From the NCBI RefSeq assembly GCF_963921235.1, contig NC_086108.1, positions 16,306,001 to 16,370,000 on the forward strand: a stretch of 64,000 nt of DNA. The letters run 5' to 3'. Source of the stretch: Mobula hypostoma (lineage: Eukaryota). Of the stretch, positions 62,319 to 64,000 are shown piece after piece. Position 1 is the first letter of the stretch. The number at the start of each line of letters is the position of its first letter. The notes below the pieces were generated by a model, which saw nothing but the letters and a program-made list of their open reading frames with translations, made no database searches and was not told the DNA's origin. Made by a program: the position numbers and the translations under genes.

Positions 62319-62610
62319 CCACACACAAAGTTGCTGGCGAACTCAGCAGGCCAGGCAGCATCTCTAGGAAGAGGTACAATCGACGTTTCGGGCCGAGACC
62401 CTTCATCAGGACTAACTGAAAGAAGAGCTAGTAAGAGATTTGAAAGTGGGAGGGGAAGGGGGAGATCCAAAATGATAGGAGAAGACAGGAGGGGGAGGGA
62501 TGGAGCCAAGAGCTGGACAGTTGATTGGCAAAAGGGATATGAGAGGATCATGGGACAAGAGGCCTACGGAGATAGAAAGGGGGGGGGGGGGAGAACCCAG
62601 AGGATGGGCA
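62319..62610 (-). mobile_element. PLE 3' UTR / terminal-repeat fragment with hammerhead (62378-62413)
   Basis: Minus strand AGTC-CTGATGA-AGGGtctcggCCC-GAAACGTC^GATT; homologous to about 9780-10067. Confidence 0.85.
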
Positions 62611-62874
62611 TCAAGAGTTCCAAGTATTCAAAGTAAGAAACTTGCCTGAGTAAAAATCTCAGTCTCATGAAAAAATTGGGGGTTCAATTTTTATTCTATA
62701 GTAACAAATCAGTATAATAATGGAGTACTGTATTGTCAAAAGTGCTATCTTCCAGATGAGATACAAAACTGAAGTAACATCTAATAGTAAAAATGATGGA
62801 TTATCTGTTGTCTTGACAAATCTCTTTCCTTTGACCAAGGTAATCAAGCCAGATTATTTGGGCATTCTCATATT

Positions 62875-64000
62875 AGAAACATAGAAAACCTACAGCACAA
62901 TACAGGCCCTTTGGCCCACAAAGCGGTGTTGAACATTAGAAATTACCTAAGCTTACCCACAGCCCTCTATTTTCTGAGCTCCATGTACCTGTCCAGAAGT
63001 CTCTTAAAAGACCATATTGTATCCGCCTTCACCACCGTCGCCTGAAGCCCATTCCATGCACTCACCACTCTCTGCGTAAAAAGCTTACCTCTGACATCTC
63101 CTCCGTACCTGCTTCCAAGCACCTTAAAACTGTGCCCTCTCTTGCTAGTCATTTCAGCCCTGGGAAAAAGCCTCTGATTATCCACATGATCAATGCCTCT
63201 TATCATCTTATACACTTCTCTCAGGTTACCTCTCATCCTCCATTGTGGCAAGGAAAAAGGGCCGAGTTCACTCAACCTATTCTCATAAGACATGCTCCCC
63301 AATCCAAGCAACATCCTTGTAAATTTCCCCTGCACCCTTTCTATGATTTCCACATCCTTCCTGCAGTGAGGTGACCAGAATTGAGCACAGTACTCCAAGT
63401 GGGGTCTGACCAGGGTCCTATGTAGGGTCCTCTCGGCTCTTAAATTCAAATTCAATCCCATGACTGATGAAGGCCAATGCACCGTATGCCTTCTTAACCA
63501 CAGAGTCAATCTGCGCAGTACCTTTTGAGTGTCCTATGAACTCTCACCCCAAGATCCCTCTGATCCTTCACACTGCCAAGAGTCTTACCATTAATACTAT
63601 TCTGTCATCATACTTGACCTACCAAAATGAACCACCTCACACTTATCTGGGTTGAACTCCATCTGCCACTTCTCAGCCCAGTTTTGCATCTTATCAATGT
63701 CCCGCTGTAACCTCTGACAGCCCTCCACACTATCCACAACACCACCAACCTTTATGTCATCAGCAAATTTACTAACCCATCCCCCCACTTCCTCATCCAG
63801 GGATTTATAAAAATCACGAACAGCACAGGTCCCAGAACAGATCCCTGAGGCACACCACTGGTCGCCGACCTCTTTGCAGAATATGACCCTTCTACAACCA
63901 TTCTTTGCCTTCTGTGGGCAAGCCAGTTTCTAGATCCACAAAGCAATGTCCCTTTGGATCCCATGCCTCCTTACTTTCTCAATAAGCCTTGCATGGGGTA
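62875..64000 (-). mobile_element. CR1-type LINE running off the window end
   Basis: Tail tagaaacatagaaa on the plus strand; RT remnants ([17 protein letters not shown]); related to 31270-32400. Confidence 0.88.

Noticed and set aside
62300..62330. Shared insertion hotspot: both L1 copies are interrupted within about 15 bp of the same position (about 56325 and 62319)
   Set aside because: Different inserting families, only two cases, and the second L1 does not resume after the insert; compatible with chance.
45355..64000. Additional upstream CEP350 exon
   Set aside because: I found no splice-bounded, CEP350-like frame in the few non-repeat gaps. A small divergent exon cannot be excluded without spliced alignment.

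Overview
Eukaryotic (vertebrate) genomic DNA; the repeat repertoire suggests a cartilaginous fish, but that is inference. The window lies inside one gene on the minus strand, CEP350. Nine coding exons (45354 down to 3230) have GT-AG boundaries and consistent phases; no start or stop codon lies in the window, and I found no further exon in 45355-64000 or 1-3229. The introns are dominated by transposable elements, nested up to four deep: many CR1-type LINEs, a full-length RTE LINE with its partner bipartite tRNA-SINE, an L1-clade LINE, Rex1/Babar-like fragments, Neptune-type Penelope-like elements (PLEs), two Tc1 transposons, a hAT (Buster/Charlie) transposon, two hAT MITEs, a non-autonomous Helitron and a solo LTR. 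Most ORFs in the supplied track are TE fragments or antisense shadows. The most interesting signal is an RNA-level system. The PLE terminal repeat carries a minimal hammerhead ribozyme, present in eight copies or remnants. Three 93-132 bp mini-insertions begin at the ribozyme core, one insertion is a fold-back palindrome and one is a 3 kb inverted dimer. A structured, unassigned RNA motif at the exact 5' end of the RTE element is a second candidate. Many TE boundaries are approximate, and family names come from motif recognition, not database searches.
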